Shown: positions 13,790 to 27,691, counted from the stretch's first letter. The stretch: 47,819 nt of DNA from Octopus bimaculoides (GCF_001194135.2 NC_068985.1:108547382-108595200); one strand, 5' to 3'. Numbers and translations: made by a program. The notes: generated by a model from the sequence alone, not told the origin.

Positions 13790-13835
<46 letters not shown>

Positions 13836-13842
13836 CATATAT

Positions 13843-14007
13843 ACGACGGGCTTCTTTCAGTTTCCGTCTACCAAATCCACTCACAAGGCTTTGGTCGGCC
13901 CGAGGCTATAGTAGAAGACACTTGCCCAAGATGCCGCGCAGTGGGACTGAACCCGGGACCATGTTGTTGGTAAGCTAGCTACTTACCACACAGCCACTCC
14001 TACGCCT
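13843..14007 (-). mobile_element. Family-A SINE 5' half (close to the 4571-4986 copy), inverted
   Basis: acgacgggcttctttcagtttccgtctacc...cttgcccaag...gggactgaaccc...cacagccactcctacgcct is nearly identical to 4825-4986. Confidence 0.9.
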
Positions 14008-14059
14008 ATATATATATATATGTATGTATAAATGTATGGATGGACGGAAGGATGCATGT

Positions 14060-14270
14060 ATGCGTGTGCATCTCTCATCTCCGCTTGATGATCAGATGCT
14101 GATTTGTTTACGTCCCGCTACTTTGCGGTTCAGTAAAGAGAAGGTGATAGTTTAAGTACCAGGAATACAAAAATATGTGCTCGGGTAGATTTGTTGTACT
14201 AAGCCCTTCAAGGAAGTACCCCAGCATGATCTGATTCCAGCATGTGAAACAAGTAAAATGTAGAATACAA
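14060..14270 (+). mobile_element. Family-A SINE 3' half (diverged)
   Basis: tttacgtcccgctactttgcggttcag...taagtaccagg...ccccagcatg...tgaaacaagtaaaa is the forward 3' half with tail. Confidence 0.7.
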
Positions 14271-14479
14271 GAGAGGAAACAAATTAGCAAAAGACATATC
14301 TGTCACCTGAAAAACATCCTGATTTGATAGCATATATCATGCGTTCGTTAATTGTATTATATAATCGTGGGTAGACTTCATTTATCGTTTCTTCTGTCTG
14401 CATTGCTCAAGACATCCACTTGTAGGTGCATCCATATTTGTTTCAACGAAATATCGACGTTATGACAGCTGGAGAATGA

Positions 14480-14635
14480 GAAGGGTTGTAAGAGAACTTA
14501 GTAGATTGAAGAAATATTAAATGAAGCGTCTTACTCAAGGACAAAATGCACTGACCATCTGGTTCAGGAATTCAGCCAACGACTTTTTGATCATGAGCTT
14601 AACATCCAGACCACTAGGCAAGACGTCTTCACACT
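14480..14635 (-). mobile_element. Degenerate family-D SINE
   Basis: tcttactcaaggacaaaatgca...ggaattcagcc...gatcatgagc...accactagg matches 41130-41227. Confidence 0.6.
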
Positions 14636-15689
14636 TTTCTTTTCTTTAACTATTTTGATACTGACTTATCAAATTTCAGATCACTTTAGAATTCGGTCTT
14701 TGCAGACAAACCAAGAATTACAATTGCAAATAAGATTTTAATTAGAGATATATTTTACGTTTTTGTTTCGTTAACCCCCCCCCCCCCCAAAAAAAAAAAA
14801 ACTACAAATCGGAAACCAATAAGTTTGATCAATTCTAACGTTTGTCGTAATTTTTTTATGATTATGAAATAATAGCTGAATGTGTATGAAGGGAAAAAAT
14901 GCTCTGTCGTTAAAACAGTGTTATTGATTGAGGCATAACGTTCATAGTATTATCATTTCATTTCAGCGTAAGTAACCCAGTGGAGTGGAAGAAACGGAGA
15001 ACTTATTCAGTCGTAAATATACGGACGTTTTAGGGGTGTTTGATGATGAGATCGAATGCAAGGATCATTAACATATGTCTATACATACATGCCTACGTAC
15101 GTACATACACATATACATACATACATGCATACATATTTTCCGTCAGTTTATCTACAGCTTTTCTTGTTTTTCTATTTCCATTCCTAACGAGTCAATCTGT
15201 AGCACTTTCGTTACAAAATTTCTGCCAAAATACACTTTCTTTGTTTCAATTAATTTTATAAATAATGAAAAATTAAGTAAAATAAAACTGGCTTTTCGAA
15301 CAAGATATATTGATGTTCGTGTGATATATTGATGAAAGGTTTTATTATTTCATATCTCTTTAAAATAGGACGTCTGAAGCATAGAATTAGGGGCGGGCTT
15401 TGTGGGGGAGATGGTACCAAAAGACTATATTTCCAATAAGAAACGTCGAATACCATCAGGATAATTCTATTCCAGTAGTTTTCTTCCTTTAATCATTTCA
15501 TAATGGAAACACATGCAGGTAAGCATACATAACAACGAACATTATTTATACACACACACACACAGACACACACACACACGCACACACACACACACACATA
15601 CATACAAGCACACATATATATATATACATGCACACACATAAATACATACGTACATACATAAATACACGCATAATACATACATACATACA

Positions 15690-15723
<34 letters not shown>

Positions 15724-15826
15724 GATACATAGAGGCAAGCAGCATCCGCTAAACAACAACAGCAAAAATAAATGCACAAATTAGTGCTAAAACGCGAAGA
15801 GAACGTTCAACGTGTCAGCAGTGATC

Positions 15827-15915
15827 TCCTCGGGATGTATTCTCTTCCGCATGATCTTTCATACATTTTCAACGTATCCTCGGGATGCATTGTCTTCCGC
15901 ATGATCTTCCATACA
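15827..15915. repeat. Tandem duplication, 39-bp unit, period 50
   Basis: tcctcgggatgtattctcttccgcatgatctttcataca (15827-15865) vs tcctcgggatgcattgtcttccgcatgatcttccataca (15877-15915), 3 mismatches. Confidence 0.9.
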
Positions 15916-15929
15916 AATTCAAAACAGCC

Positions 15930-16840
15930 AGATTAAAATGATAAAAAAAAGTTTGGATGTGACACTCTCTGCATACCAAAAAGAAACTATGCATGGTTGT
16001 TTTTACGAAGATTTGAAGAAGACAGTAATATCAATATGATACGCAGACTCTCTTGAACTTATAACCGATACATGATATCACACTCCCAAACCTAAGCATT
16101 TGAAATCCAAGAAGGGGAGATGGCCCCGAAATAACTAGCAAGCAAAAGAGCCAGTGAAGCACATGGAGCCCCAAGATGCAACCGAAAATATAGAGTGTGT
16201 CATATTTCTGTAACAGACATCAAACACGTGTGATTAGCACCTGCCCAAAAACCTCATCAAGGTACTACCAGCCAACGCGACACGGCGTTGTCGCACAAAG
16301 CAAAATAGAATGTCGCTAGAAAAACAGACTGTTCTGGAGCATATAGAGAGAACCCTTCTGTTATTGCATACATACAGAAACATCAACACAAGGAATACTG
16401 GTGGAACCTTCGTATCAAAACAAGTTTAAACATAACAGGACGGATATTGTTGTTTGGGAGAGACAAGAAAATGTATATGCATGTATATGTATATACATAA
16501 GAAAATGTATATACAAGAAAATGTATATGCATGCATATGGTATATACATTTTCTTGTCTCTCTCAAACATAGAAGATAGATGCTATGCGGATGTGATCAA
16601 AGAGACATAAGATAACTATGGATAGCCGATTCTAAACATCCGGCTTCTCTGTCCAGATTATAAATTCACATTTATACCAATACTAATCGGTATTCTTGGT
16701 TTTATAAGCAAAGGACAAAATTACAATCTGGATAAGCTAGGTTTTTCAGAAAAAGAAATCAACCAGCTAATTCGAACAGTAAAAATACAATCTGTAAGTG
16801 GAACAGTAAAATATATAAGACTTTTCTCAAGTTTTAGATG
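15930..16840 (+). mobile_element. R4/Dong-type non-LTR retrotransposon 3' remnant (CCHC knuckle plus restriction-like endonuclease)
   Basis: Interrupted translation: YQKETMHGCFY, AFEIQEGEMAPK, YRVCHISVTDIKHV-ISTCPKTSSRYYQPTRHGVVA (decayed CX2C..H..C then RH-D-like), KHNRTDIVVWERQE (RPD motif), DNYG*..LCPDYKFTFIPILIGILGF..LDKLGFSEKEINQLIRTVKIQSVSGTVK. Multiple stops and frameshifts. Confidence 0.85.
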
Positions 16841-17108
16841 TGGGTTTGTTTTTGATATCTACATTCCAGCGACAGAAATTTGTATACGCGTTAGAAACCT
16901 CTTTAGAGGAAGATTACAAATATTTAAAATAGAAGAGAACATGCATATATTAGTATATACATACATCATGCATACATGCATATATATATATATATACACA
17001 CTCGCATAAACAGACACACGCATACATATGTATACACACACACATAACTAGGTGTATCTGCCTTTAATTCTTCCTCTTTGCCTCTCTTTCTCTCTCTCCT
17101 TTTCCCAC

Positions 17109-17152
<44 letters not shown>

Positions 17153-17599
17153 CACTCTATCTCGATTTTAACTACAATGTGCTCTAAGAAGTTTTATCGG
17201 GGACCACATTCTCCATCTCAGTTTTGTCCAAGATTGGAAAAGGATTCATATAGGGCTTACCACTGTCATCTCATTTAAAAAAAAAAAAAAAAGCAAAACA
17301 TTAAAATGATATGGTACTTCTAAGGTAGGATCGATTTTCAGTACAGGCGGCAGCGGGGATATAGAAGAGACTCTGGAAAAGTAATTCCAAAGGAAACCTT
17401 TCAATTTCCGCAGCCTATCAAATGAAAGGTGTCGACTGGCACATCTGACCTTTGCAACTAACAAGTTTAATTTAACTCAGCTGACTAGTGAATTGCAATT
17501 GAGAGGCGTCAGCTGTCGCAGCCATCTTCACTAGTCAATATTATGTAATTAAAATCTCTTTAGATATTTTCGATTTTTATATTACACATAGGCGACCAA

Positions 17600-17750
17600 C
17601 TGACTGAGTTGTTAGAGCATGTGTTAGATTGCTGTGTGGTAATCAGTCCGGTTCTTTTAGCTCTGAGTTCGAATCCCGCTAAGATCAATTTTGTCTTTCA
17701 TGCTATCGAAGTCGATAACTAAAGTATTAGTTCTCTTCTGGAGTCGATTA
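17600..17750 (+). mobile_element. Family-B SINE, degenerate
   Basis: ctctgagttcgaatccc (B-box)...ttttgtctttcatgctatcgaagtcgataactaaagta. Confidence 0.7.
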
Positions 17751-18029
17751 TTCTCTTTCTTTCATTCTTCATCATACATTCTGTCTCCTGGAAGAAATCG
17801 GCTGCAGTCAGATCGAAAGAAGGAAAAACTTCACTGGAGAGGAGACCCATTCAGTCGCGAATGACTATAGGACTGCACCTAGAAAGTTCCCCTTCAAGGC
17901 ACAAGTCTGAGTGAAGTTGTTTGTCGAAGACCAGCAGTCACCCACGAGTATCAGTCTTGCCTCTCCACTACGTTACGGAAACATGAACAAACCAACACTT
18001 GCTTGCCAAAGACGAACACACACGCATAA

Positions 18030-18080
<51 letters not shown>

Positions 18081-18267
18081 NNNNNNNNNNNNNNNNNNNN
18101 NNNNNNNNNNNNNNNNNNNNNNNNNNNNNNNNNNNNNNNNNNNNNNNNNNNNNNNNNNNNNNNNNNNNNNNNNNNNNNNNNNNNNNNNNNNNNNNNNNNN
18201 NNNNNNNNNNNNNNNNNNNNNNNNNNNNNNNNNNNNNNNNNNNNNNNNNNNNNNNNNNNNNNNNNNN

Positions 18268-18310
<43 letters not shown>

Positions 18311-18314
<4 letters not shown>

Positions 18315-18452
18315 CGACGGTCTTCTTTGCAGCCACCAGAAATTAGTCGGCCTGAGTCTACAGAAGAAAACACTTGCCCTGTGTACTGGGCAGCTGGATT
18401 GGACTCGAAACCATGAGCCTGCAAAGGGAGCTTCTTAACCACATAGCTATGC
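18311..18452 (-). mobile_element. Family-A SINE 5' half, degenerate
   Basis: tatacgacggtcttc...cacttgccc...cttcttaaccacatagctatg. Confidence 0.7.
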
Positions 18453-18479
18453 TTGCATGTTGACGTTTATAGCAGAGTT

Positions 18480-19830
18480 GAAAAAAATGCTTGGCTCAGA
18501 AGAATGCTGACTCAAATAGGTACAAAACATACATAACATTCTATCTGTAACTCATGGCTTGAAATCGCACGTCAATAGCCAACTATGCGTGATCGATTTT
18601 TACATCGAACATTCAATCTTCTTTCTAAATCAGTTTCAACACCAGAAATTCTTTGGCACATTTATCAGGAACTTAAACAGATTTCATTCTAAATCCAAAT
18701 TCTCTTAACTTAGTTCAAGGACATATCGGTAGGATTTATATCCGTGGACTGTCAAATACTCCAAAATTTCACTACCCGCAACAAAAATTTATGAGAGTTT
18801 CTCAAGCATTGCAACGTTTTTACATTGTCCTCTGTCTTCCAGATTTCTATTTTGCTCATAAATGCCTTCAACAAACTAATGAATTTCATGCTGTTATATG
18901 CTTTTATTCCATCTAAACATAAAGTTTATCCAGTTGCTGAATAATATCTACCAAAAGGTAAAATTTATTTTCAGCTCATCCCCAAACTCAAATCCATTCA
19001 GTTACATATCTTCTCGAAAGTCACAAAACATTTGTGCAAAGGATGACCTGATTTCAGGCAAAAGATGATTTGTACTCTTGTCAATACGTAACAGCATAAA
19101 AAGCCGCAAGTTGAGAGCTTCTCTTTTAAAGAAATCCAGAATTTGAATTGTTTTATTTAAAAAAAACCCCCTTTTTGCGTGGTGCTGGATGTGTTTCTGT
19201 GACCAGTAACTGATGACAGGTTTTTAGAGCTTGATTTTTATTATGTGCGGTTTAAATCTGAATTTTGTCCCCAATACTATCTGCACAGCGACTACACTTT
19301 ATCTCACGAAATGTTTTCTGATTCCTTGGAAGGTGAATGCTTTGCCAAAATATCTGAGATATTTCTCTATAGACAACAAAAGAGAAACCTTCCTTTAAAT
19401 GAAACTGAGGAGCATATATGTTGCAAATACCAGAAACTTGTAGCACAATAGCACATTTATCAATTCGTGAATGCTGCAGATTTGATCTTCTGCACAATTT
19501 GATTCTTGTTTTCAATGACCAAGTCCTTGATCGTTCTTTGAACTGGTTAAAAGTGACATTACTGCAAATTTCTTTTCTCTAATCCAGTTGCCAACGCATT
19601 TTCCACATTTTGAGAGTACAAGGTTTGATAAAAACTTTACCGATTCCATGTGATATTTTTTTTCTTTTCTGATTTGTTATCGGTATATGATGAAGTACCA
19701 CGTTATGTGAAGATTCAAAACATTTTGATTTATTTCTCTGAATGAACATACTAAATCCAGTTTCATGTATAAAGCATTCTCATAATGTTAAAAGGTACCC
19801 TAGTTCTTGTGTTGAAAGCAAATATACTGA
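18480..19830 (-). mobile_element. Decayed hAT (Buster/Charlie-like) transposase
   Basis: Minus-strand fragments in collinear order: IGKVFIKPCTLKM, IQILDFFKREALNLRLFMLL, LVDIIQQLDKL, KFISLLKAFMSKIEIWK, NVAMLEKLS, and TYL-ESAF (the TYLCE..FS dimerisation motif). Many stops and frameshifts; TIRs not found. Confidence 0.82.
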
Positions 19831-20999
19831 AACTAAAATGAATAAGCAAATGATTATAAATGGAATATTTCCATTTATGAATATCCATTTATGAATATCT
19901 TTGATAATTATAAATGAAAATATAATGTGAAATATTTATTGATATTTTAAATCTAATTTATATTATTCAATAACGAAATGCAGTTGTATATGATATACAT
20001 AATCCACAACAGTTATAGTATTAGACTTTGTAATATAGTGGGCACATTGAGGCAATATCCATTAATTATACTAAGGAGCTCGAAAGGGGTCCATGCGCAA
20101 TGATCGAAGCAACTAAACGACAATTTTTGATCCTTTAAATTAACCTTAACTGTACACATTCATTCCTTAGAATACAATAATAATCATTCTGTAGATACAA
20201 CGCACAACTTCGCATCGAAGACTCTTAAATAGTTTCTGGATTTCACGTAATTACATAAATCTTAATCTTTCATGAAGATCCAACCTAAATAGTTTTCCAC
20301 ATTATCTGTAAACAACCCTGCACTCCAAATCCTATATCCACAGAGATGCACCGACGCCTGTAATAAATATTAAAATGATAAAATGTTAACCGGTTTGGTG
20401 AGCAAGTGAAATTTTAACCATCGAAATATGCATGAAATGTCTGATTCTTTATCATAATATTGGCAACATTTACAAAATTCGGCGATATTGTATTTTAGCG
20501 TACCAAATTAATTACAGAATACTTTTGGTCTTTTAATAAGTATCTAAAGAAGAATTTGGATATTTTTTTCAATATAAAATACTTATTGATTTCATTTGAT
20601 TTCTTTTAAAAATAAGAACGTGTATTCTCAAGAATCGATTGTTAATGTCTGCATTATAGCAATGAATATATTTAAGATTAAATTGTAAAATAATCTTTAC
20701 CAATAATTGCTTATCAACGGACATTAAGACAAAGTAGCTCCATATTATAAAAAGTGAAAAATGAGTATATTTTTAATTTAACAACAGAAAATCAATAAAA
20801 TAAAGGGAAGAACATATTGTTCACGTAGAAGACTTAGAATGTTTCCAAATGTTCATATCTGTCATTGCAATACCGCCATTTAAACTCTTTGACGTAACTA
20901 GCAAACAGCTCTTCTAATGAGACATCTATGTGCTTCAATTTTTTATCATATGAAAGAAGGGTGATATTTAATGATAACGAAAATACAACAAAGATGTGG

Positions 21000-21150
21000 T
21001 CTATAATGGTTTCTTATTCTAGCAGTTTTAAGAGGAGGGATTACATGATACTCTGAACCCAAGAACTTGACTAGTACTTAATTTTTGGGACCCCGGTAAG
21101 GTGAGAGGCAAAGCTAACCTTGGCGAGATTAAAACTCGGATCGTAAGACA
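21000..21150 (-). mobile_element. Family-B SINE remnant
   Basis: ctagtacttaatttttgggaccccgg...aggcaaagctaaccttggcgagattaaaactc. Confidence 0.55.
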
Positions 21151-21209
21151 CTTATTCCTTATGAAACTTTTTTCTAATTTGATTCGCTAATTTCAAGTAT
21201 ATTTTATTT

Positions 21210-21620
<411 letters not shown>

Positions 21621-21649
21621 CCAACTGGAGAGAATACAAAAAGCATTCA

Positions 21650-22250
21650 TGAAGTCCCCGAAATTGGAGATCTTAGCTCCTTGGAATACGCCTGTTTATA
21701 GAAGAACGCTGGCGAGAACGAAATTCTATAATACATACGTTGAAGTTTCCTGAAGATTGTATTCCAAAATTTGTTACACAAAAGAAAGAAAAAAAATGGG
21801 TGCTACTTTCTTCAACAAGATTTTACATCCGAAAATATACAGCATCAAAATTATCAGTAGCACATTTCTTTCAAAAGTAAACATCAGATTAGATCGAGAG
21901 AGATAGAAAATTTCACATCCTTGTCTAAATTCGTCTGGAAAACAAAGTAACATAGATTAGGGCGTACTCCAATAACATCGGCAACAAAACCTCATCAAAC
22001 TTCAATTAATTACTAACTTGCAGACTATGGCTTACTGGAAAATTCCAATCATCAAAATCCCCATCCATATAACATACTGTACAAACTGTGATAGAATGAA
22101 GTTGTCTTCAGAGAAAATTCCTTTCGAACAGATTCCATACGCCCAAATACTGGCGATCTACCGATTCAAACCTGAGGGGAACAGATTAAATAATCTTCGG
22201 GGAGTAGCTGTTCTTTGGCGATGATCACACATTTGGATGAAGTACTTACC
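21650..22250 (+). mobile_element. Heavily decayed Penelope-like element 3' region (GIY-YIG endonuclease)
   Basis: ENFTSLSKFVWKTK* at 21906-21950 resembles the PLE T.LSK.IW.LK motif; downstream NPHPYNILYKL..NE resembles the LLNKR.E tail. Confidence 0.5.
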
Positions 22251-22753
22251 TTAACAACATTGCAGCTTAACTAATAATAAATACAATTTCAGGTCCCTAC
22301 ACGTAACCGACGTCAAGAAGGAAAATTGGTTCACTCATGTGTTGCTGATATATAGCTCCATTCATTCATTCATTCATTCATTCATTCATTCATTCATCCA
22401 TTCACTCATTCTCCGGCATGATCGCAGTCAAATGACGAACACATGAAGGAATAAATGAACAAAATATATATACATATATATGTGGGTGTGTGTGTGTGTA
22501 TTTGTGTGCGTGTGTGTTTGTGTGTGTTTGTGTGTGTGTGTGTGCGTGTGAGTATGTGTGTGAGTTAATTATTACGAACAAAGTTTTGATAGTGGCTTGG
22601 TCGTCGTCATTAGACTCGCTGATGACGGTGATAAAATGGAAACTTCTACGTCACTGACTTCATTGTGAAACACTAAAAAACAATACTATGACCTGAAGCT
22701 GACATACTTAAATAAACATACCTGTGTACAAAGTTCGAAACGCATGAATAAAT

Positions 22754-22810
22754 TCTGAGCAATTACATAACCCAAATTTCATCTGAACAATTACATAACC
22801 CCAAATTTCA
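22754..22810. repeat. 28/29-bp tandem duplication
   Basis: tctgagcaattacataacccaaatttca then tctgaacaattacataaccccaaatttca. Confidence 0.9.
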
Positions 22811-23076
22811 GCAATAGAAGTTTCTTCACAACGCTTCAACATCACAATCCACCCTACACACAAACTGCCATTGAACTGATTCCCCAAAACGCCAGTAAAA
22901 TTTTATCTCATCAAAGATTATATAAAGTAATCGGATACTTGCTTATCTGCCTGAAACTTCGAAGTAACTGTCAATACTATTCTTATTAAAACAGTAAATT
23001 TTTGTCCTTTCATCCAAATAAAAAGGTTTCAAGCCGGTGCCCCAGCATAGTCGCAGTCCACTGACTGAAACAAATA

Positions 23077-23116
<40 letters not shown>

Positions 23117-23468
23117 NNNNNNNNNNNNNNNNNNNNNNNNNNNNNNNNNNNNNNNNNNNNNNNNNNNNNNNNNNNNNNNNNNNNNNNNNNNNNNNNNNNN
23201 NNNNNNNNNNNNNNNNNNNNNNNNNNNNNNNNNNNNNNNNNNNNNNNNNNNNNNNNNNNNNNNNNNNNNNNNNNNNNNNNNNNNNNNNNNNNNNNNNNNN
23301 NNNNNNNNNNNNNNNNNNNNNNNNNNNNNNNNNNNNNNNNNNNNNNNNNNNNNNNNNNNNNNNNNNNNNNNNNNNNNNNNNNNNNNNNNNNNNNNNNNNN
23401 NNNNNNNNNNNNNNNNNNNNNNNNNNNNNNNNNNNNNNNNNNNNNNNNNNNNNNNNNNNNNNNNNNNN

Positions 23469-23543
<75 letters not shown>

Positions 23544-24107
23544 TTTTAAGATTGCATGTGCATTGCCGCAGAATTATGATATTGGCATCATCACATGTGG
23601 TTTTCTACTGAAAGCTACCTGAAACTTCCCTTCATACAACACAATACAGCGAATTCAACAGACCCACACCGATCAAAGACACCTGCAATACCTCCAATAC
23701 ATCCCCTCCCACAACAACAAGAACAAGACCTAAGCTTACACCATTCCAAACAACGCCACCCCATGGTTGCCCCACCTCCAATCAACATATAGAATTCTAA
23801 AGCATCACTCAGCTTCGCTTTTTAAAAATTATTCCCCAAACACGCAAGAACCCAATTCCTTTCCATCAAGTCTTATTGATTCCTTCGCCATATTAAAGGA
23901 TTTTTTAATCTTTTATTTATTTATATATTCTTTTACAAGGTTTTGACTTCAATATTTCACCGGAAGCTACGAAGATTCGCCATTATTCTTCATTCTTCCT
24001 TTTTCTCTTCTTGTAAACCTTTTCTTTCTTTTTTTTCCTATTTTTCTCATTTTCGTACCTGCACACTTCATTTCTTTTATTTAGTTTCCTTTTCTCCACA
24101 AACACAT

Positions 24108-24226
24108 CTTCTTCTTCTTCTTCTTCTTCTTCTTCTTCTTCTTCTTCTTCTTCTTCTTCTTCTTCTTCTTCTTCTTCTTCTTCTTCTTCTTCTTCTTCTT
24201 CTTCTTCTTCTTCTTCTTCTTCTTCT
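24108..24226. repeat. (CTT)n microsatellite running into a gap
   Basis: Direct reading. Confidence 0.95.
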
Positions 24227-24914
24227 NNNNNNNNNNNNNNNNNNNNNNNNNNNNNNNNNNNNNNNNNNNNNNNNNNNNNNNNNNNNNNNNNNNNNNNNNN
24301 NNNNNNNNNNNNNNNNNNNNNNNNNNNNNNNNNNNNNNNNNNNNNNNNNNNNNNNNNNNNNNNNNNNNNNNNNNNNNNNNNNNNNNNNNNNNNNNNNNNN
24401 NNNNNNNNNNNNNNNNNNNNNNNNNNNNNNNNNNNNNNNNNNNNNNNNNNNNNNNNNNNNNNNNNNNNNNNNNNNNNNNNNNNNNNNNNNNNNNNNNNNN
24501 NNNNNNNNNNNNNNNNNNNNNNNNNNNNNNNNNNNNNNNNNNNNNNNNNNNNNNNNNNNNNNNNNNNNNNNNNNNNNNNNNNNNNNNNNNNNNNNNNNNN
24601 NNNNNNNNNNNNNNNNNNNNNNNNNNNNNNNNNNNNNNNNNNNNNNNNNNNNNNNNNNNNNNNNNNNNNNNNNNNNNNNNNNNNNNNNNNNNNNNNNNNN
24701 NNNNNNNNNNNNNNNNNNNNNNNNNNNNNNNNNNNNNNNNNNNNNNNNNNNNNNNNNNNNNNNNNNNNNNNNNNNNNNNNNNNNNNNNNNNNNNNNNNNN
24801 NNNNNNNNNNNNNNNNNNNNNNNNNNNNNNNNNNNNNNNNNNNNNNNNNNNNNNNNNNNNNNNNNNNNNNNNNNNNNNNNNNCACAACCACCACCACCAA
24901 CACCACCATCACCG

Positions 24915-24956
<42 letters not shown>

Positions 24957-25661
24957 CCACCACCACCACCACCACCACCGCCACCACTCACATTACATAC
25001 CTCATCAACCTCCCCTATGCTCTCCACTACTGTAACTAATGGTTATATATTGTTTGGCTGAGCAAAAATTGAATAGACTCCATTTAACAGTCAGCAGAGT
25101 TGTATGTATTTAGATTTGACTTTTTAGATGCATTTAAACATTTCTCCACTCGCTTAACACACACTGCAGCACACACACAGCGACACAAATACACGGACAC
25201 ACATATACATGCACACATAATTAATCCACACACACATGCACACACACACACACAAGAACGTTACATACGTAGCTGTAAGCAAACATACACCTAAACACAT
25301 ACGCGTAGAAAGGTACGCATACATAATTACGCGCACGCCCACACACACACACACAACACACCCACATTCATACACGTGTATGTGCAAACCTACACGTAAT
25401 ACAAACAACATAATAAATCGCTGAAAACTTTCAGAACATAATTATTGTTGATAGGAATGGTGATGGTGGTGGAGTGGCAGTGGGGTGGGTTTGGGGGCGG
25501 AGGTCGGCGTGGTCGGAACTATATTAAGTACACTGAAATGATAACAAAATACCATCACTAATAGCACCAACTTCAACAACAAAAGCAACAACAACATCAA
25601 CAACAACAACAACAATAATAATAATAATAATCATTCTTTTTATTATTATTATTTCACATTT

Positions 25662-25740
25662 TTCCACGTGGGCAGCTTGGGGGGGGGAGGGGGGGATTAG
25701 AAGATTACATTGACGCCAGTGTTCAATTGGTACTTATTTG
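25662..25740 (-). mobile_element. Family-B SINE 3' end truncated by a gap
   Basis: gattacattgacgccagtgttcaattggtacttattt matches 26775-26810. Confidence 0.65.
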
Positions 25741-26724
25741 NNNNNNNNNNNNNNNNNNNNNNNNNNNNNNNNNNNNNNNNNNNNNNNNNNNNNNNNNNNN
25801 NNNNNNNNNNNNNNNNNNNNNNNNNNNNNNNNNNNNNNNNNNNNNNNNNNNNNNNNNNNNNNNNNNNNNNNNNNNNNNNNNNNNNNNNNNNNNNNNNNNN
25901 NNNNNNNNNNNNNNNNNNNNNNNNNNNNNNNNNNNNNNNNNNNNNNNNNNNNNNNNNNNNNNNNNNNNNNNNNNNNNNNNNNNNNNNNNNNNNNNNNNNN
26001 NNNNNNNNNNNNNNNNNNNNNNNNNNNNNNNNNNNNNNNNNNNNNNNNNNNNNNNNNNNNNNNNNNNNNNNNNNNNNNNNNNNNNNNNNNNNNNNNNNNN
26101 NNNNNNNNNNNNNNNNNNNNNNNNNNNNNNNNNNNNNNNNNNNNNNNNNNNNNNNNNNNNNNNNNNNNNNNNNNNNNNNNNNNNNNNNNNNNNNNNNNNN
26201 NNNNNNNNNNNNNNNNNNNNNNNNNNNNNNNNNNNNNNNNNNNNNNNNNNNNNNNNNNNNNNNNNNNNNNNNNNNNNNNNNNNNNNNNNNNNNNNNNNNN
26301 NNNNNNNNNNNNNNNNNNNNNNNNNNNNNNNNNNNNNNNNNNNNNNNNNNNNNNNNNNNNNNNNNNNNNNNNNNNNNNNNNNNNNNNNNNNNNNNNNNNN
26401 NNNNNNNNNNNNNNNNNNNNNNNNNNNNNNNNNNNNNNNNNNNNNNNNNNNNNNNNNNNNNNNNNNNNNNNNNNNNNNNNNNNNNNNNNNNNNNNNNNNN
26501 NNNNNNNNNNNNNNNNNNNNNNNNNNNNNNNNNNNNNNNNNNNNNNNNNNNNNNNNNNNNNNNNNNNNNNNNNNNNNNNNNNNNNNNNNNNNNNNNNNNN
26601 NNNNNNNNNNNNNNNNNNNNNNNNNNNNNNNNNNNNNNNNNNNNNNNNNNNNNNNNNNNNNNNNNNNNNNNNNNNNNNNNNNNNNNNNNNNNNNNNNNNN
26701 NNNNNNNNNTATAATTATTATTAT

Positions 26725-26898
26725 TTCAAATTTTTTTTCCACGAGGGCAGCTTGGGGGAGGTGGGGATGAGTCGATTACATCGATCCTAGTATTCAACTG
26801 CTACTTATTTTATCGATCCCGAAAGGATAAAAGGGAAAGTCGACCTCAGCGGAATTTGAAATCTGAACGTAGCGACAGACGAAATACTGCTCGACGCC

Positions 26899-26949
<51 letters not shown>

Positions 26950-27147
26950 GCTTAAAATATTTGTGCAAAGTCAACAATTTTTGGAGTGGTGGAGGTTGCG
27001 GCGATTACAGCGACTCCAGTGCTTAACTGGTACATATTTTTATTGACACTGAAAGAATGAGGCCAAAGTTGATTTCGAAGGAATTTGAACTCAGAACGTG
27101 AAGACGAAATGCCTCTAAGCATTTTGTCCGGTGTACTAGCGATTCTG
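26725..27147 (-). mobile_element. Two family-B SINEs separated and flanked by (TAA)n
   Basis: gtcgattacatcgatcc...gacctcagcggaatttgaaatctgaacg (26725-26900) and gcgattacagcgactccagt...ggaatttgaactcagaacg (26950-27147), with (AAT)n at 26900-26948. Confidence 0.8.
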
Positions 27148-27186
27148 ATGATGATTACGATGGTAATTATGATGATGATGATAGTA

Positions 27187-27326
<140 letters not shown>

Positions 27327-27691
27327 TGCATTCATTTTTCCACGAGTGAATAGAACGAGTTACAATGAGAGTTTGTGTGGGAGATTGCATTCAAAGAGAA
27401 GTATAAGAGATGAGGGGGCTAATAAAATAAAAAAAATGTACATAGAATACAAAATAAGTGAACATATCTATGATGCAATTCCCCTTGATACAAGATAATC
27501 TTCACCCAGAGCCAGTCAAGGAATCCCACATATCGAGGTTCATCATGATCACAAAGAGTACAAGATAAAATATAATTGTCCCTGCTTTGCGGTAGAGAAG
27601 AAAATCTGAGAGGATTGCATTAGTTGATTCCATCAACACCAGTATACAACTGAAAAGTTTAAGATCTTTCGTCTATGGCTGGTAGTAGATC

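Noticed and set aside
13372-13843. Direct duplication of about 120 bp either side of the gap
   Set aside because: Identical sequence flanking an N run is typical of unmerged overlapping contig ends.
14955-14975. tttcatttcag-C-gtaagt: acceptor and donor consensus one base apart
   Set aside because: Could suggest a 1-nt micro-exon or recursive site, but there is no host gene context and such motifs arise by chance in AT-rich DNA.
22030-22270. Apparent minus-strand exon structure: AAG|GTAAGT donor near 22250, 78-nt intron, cctcag acceptor, and a hydrophobic frame IASIWAYGICSKGIFSEDNFILSQFVQYVIWMGILMIGIF
   Set aside because: Using the good acceptor, every frame hits a stop before the next donor. 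The hydrophobic frame needs a weaker downstream AG, and the region is better explained as the antisense of a decayed PLE endonuclease.
22618-22660. CTGATGA...GAAAC...GTC resembling a hammerhead core
   Set aside because: Stem II has at most two pairs and no stem I can form.
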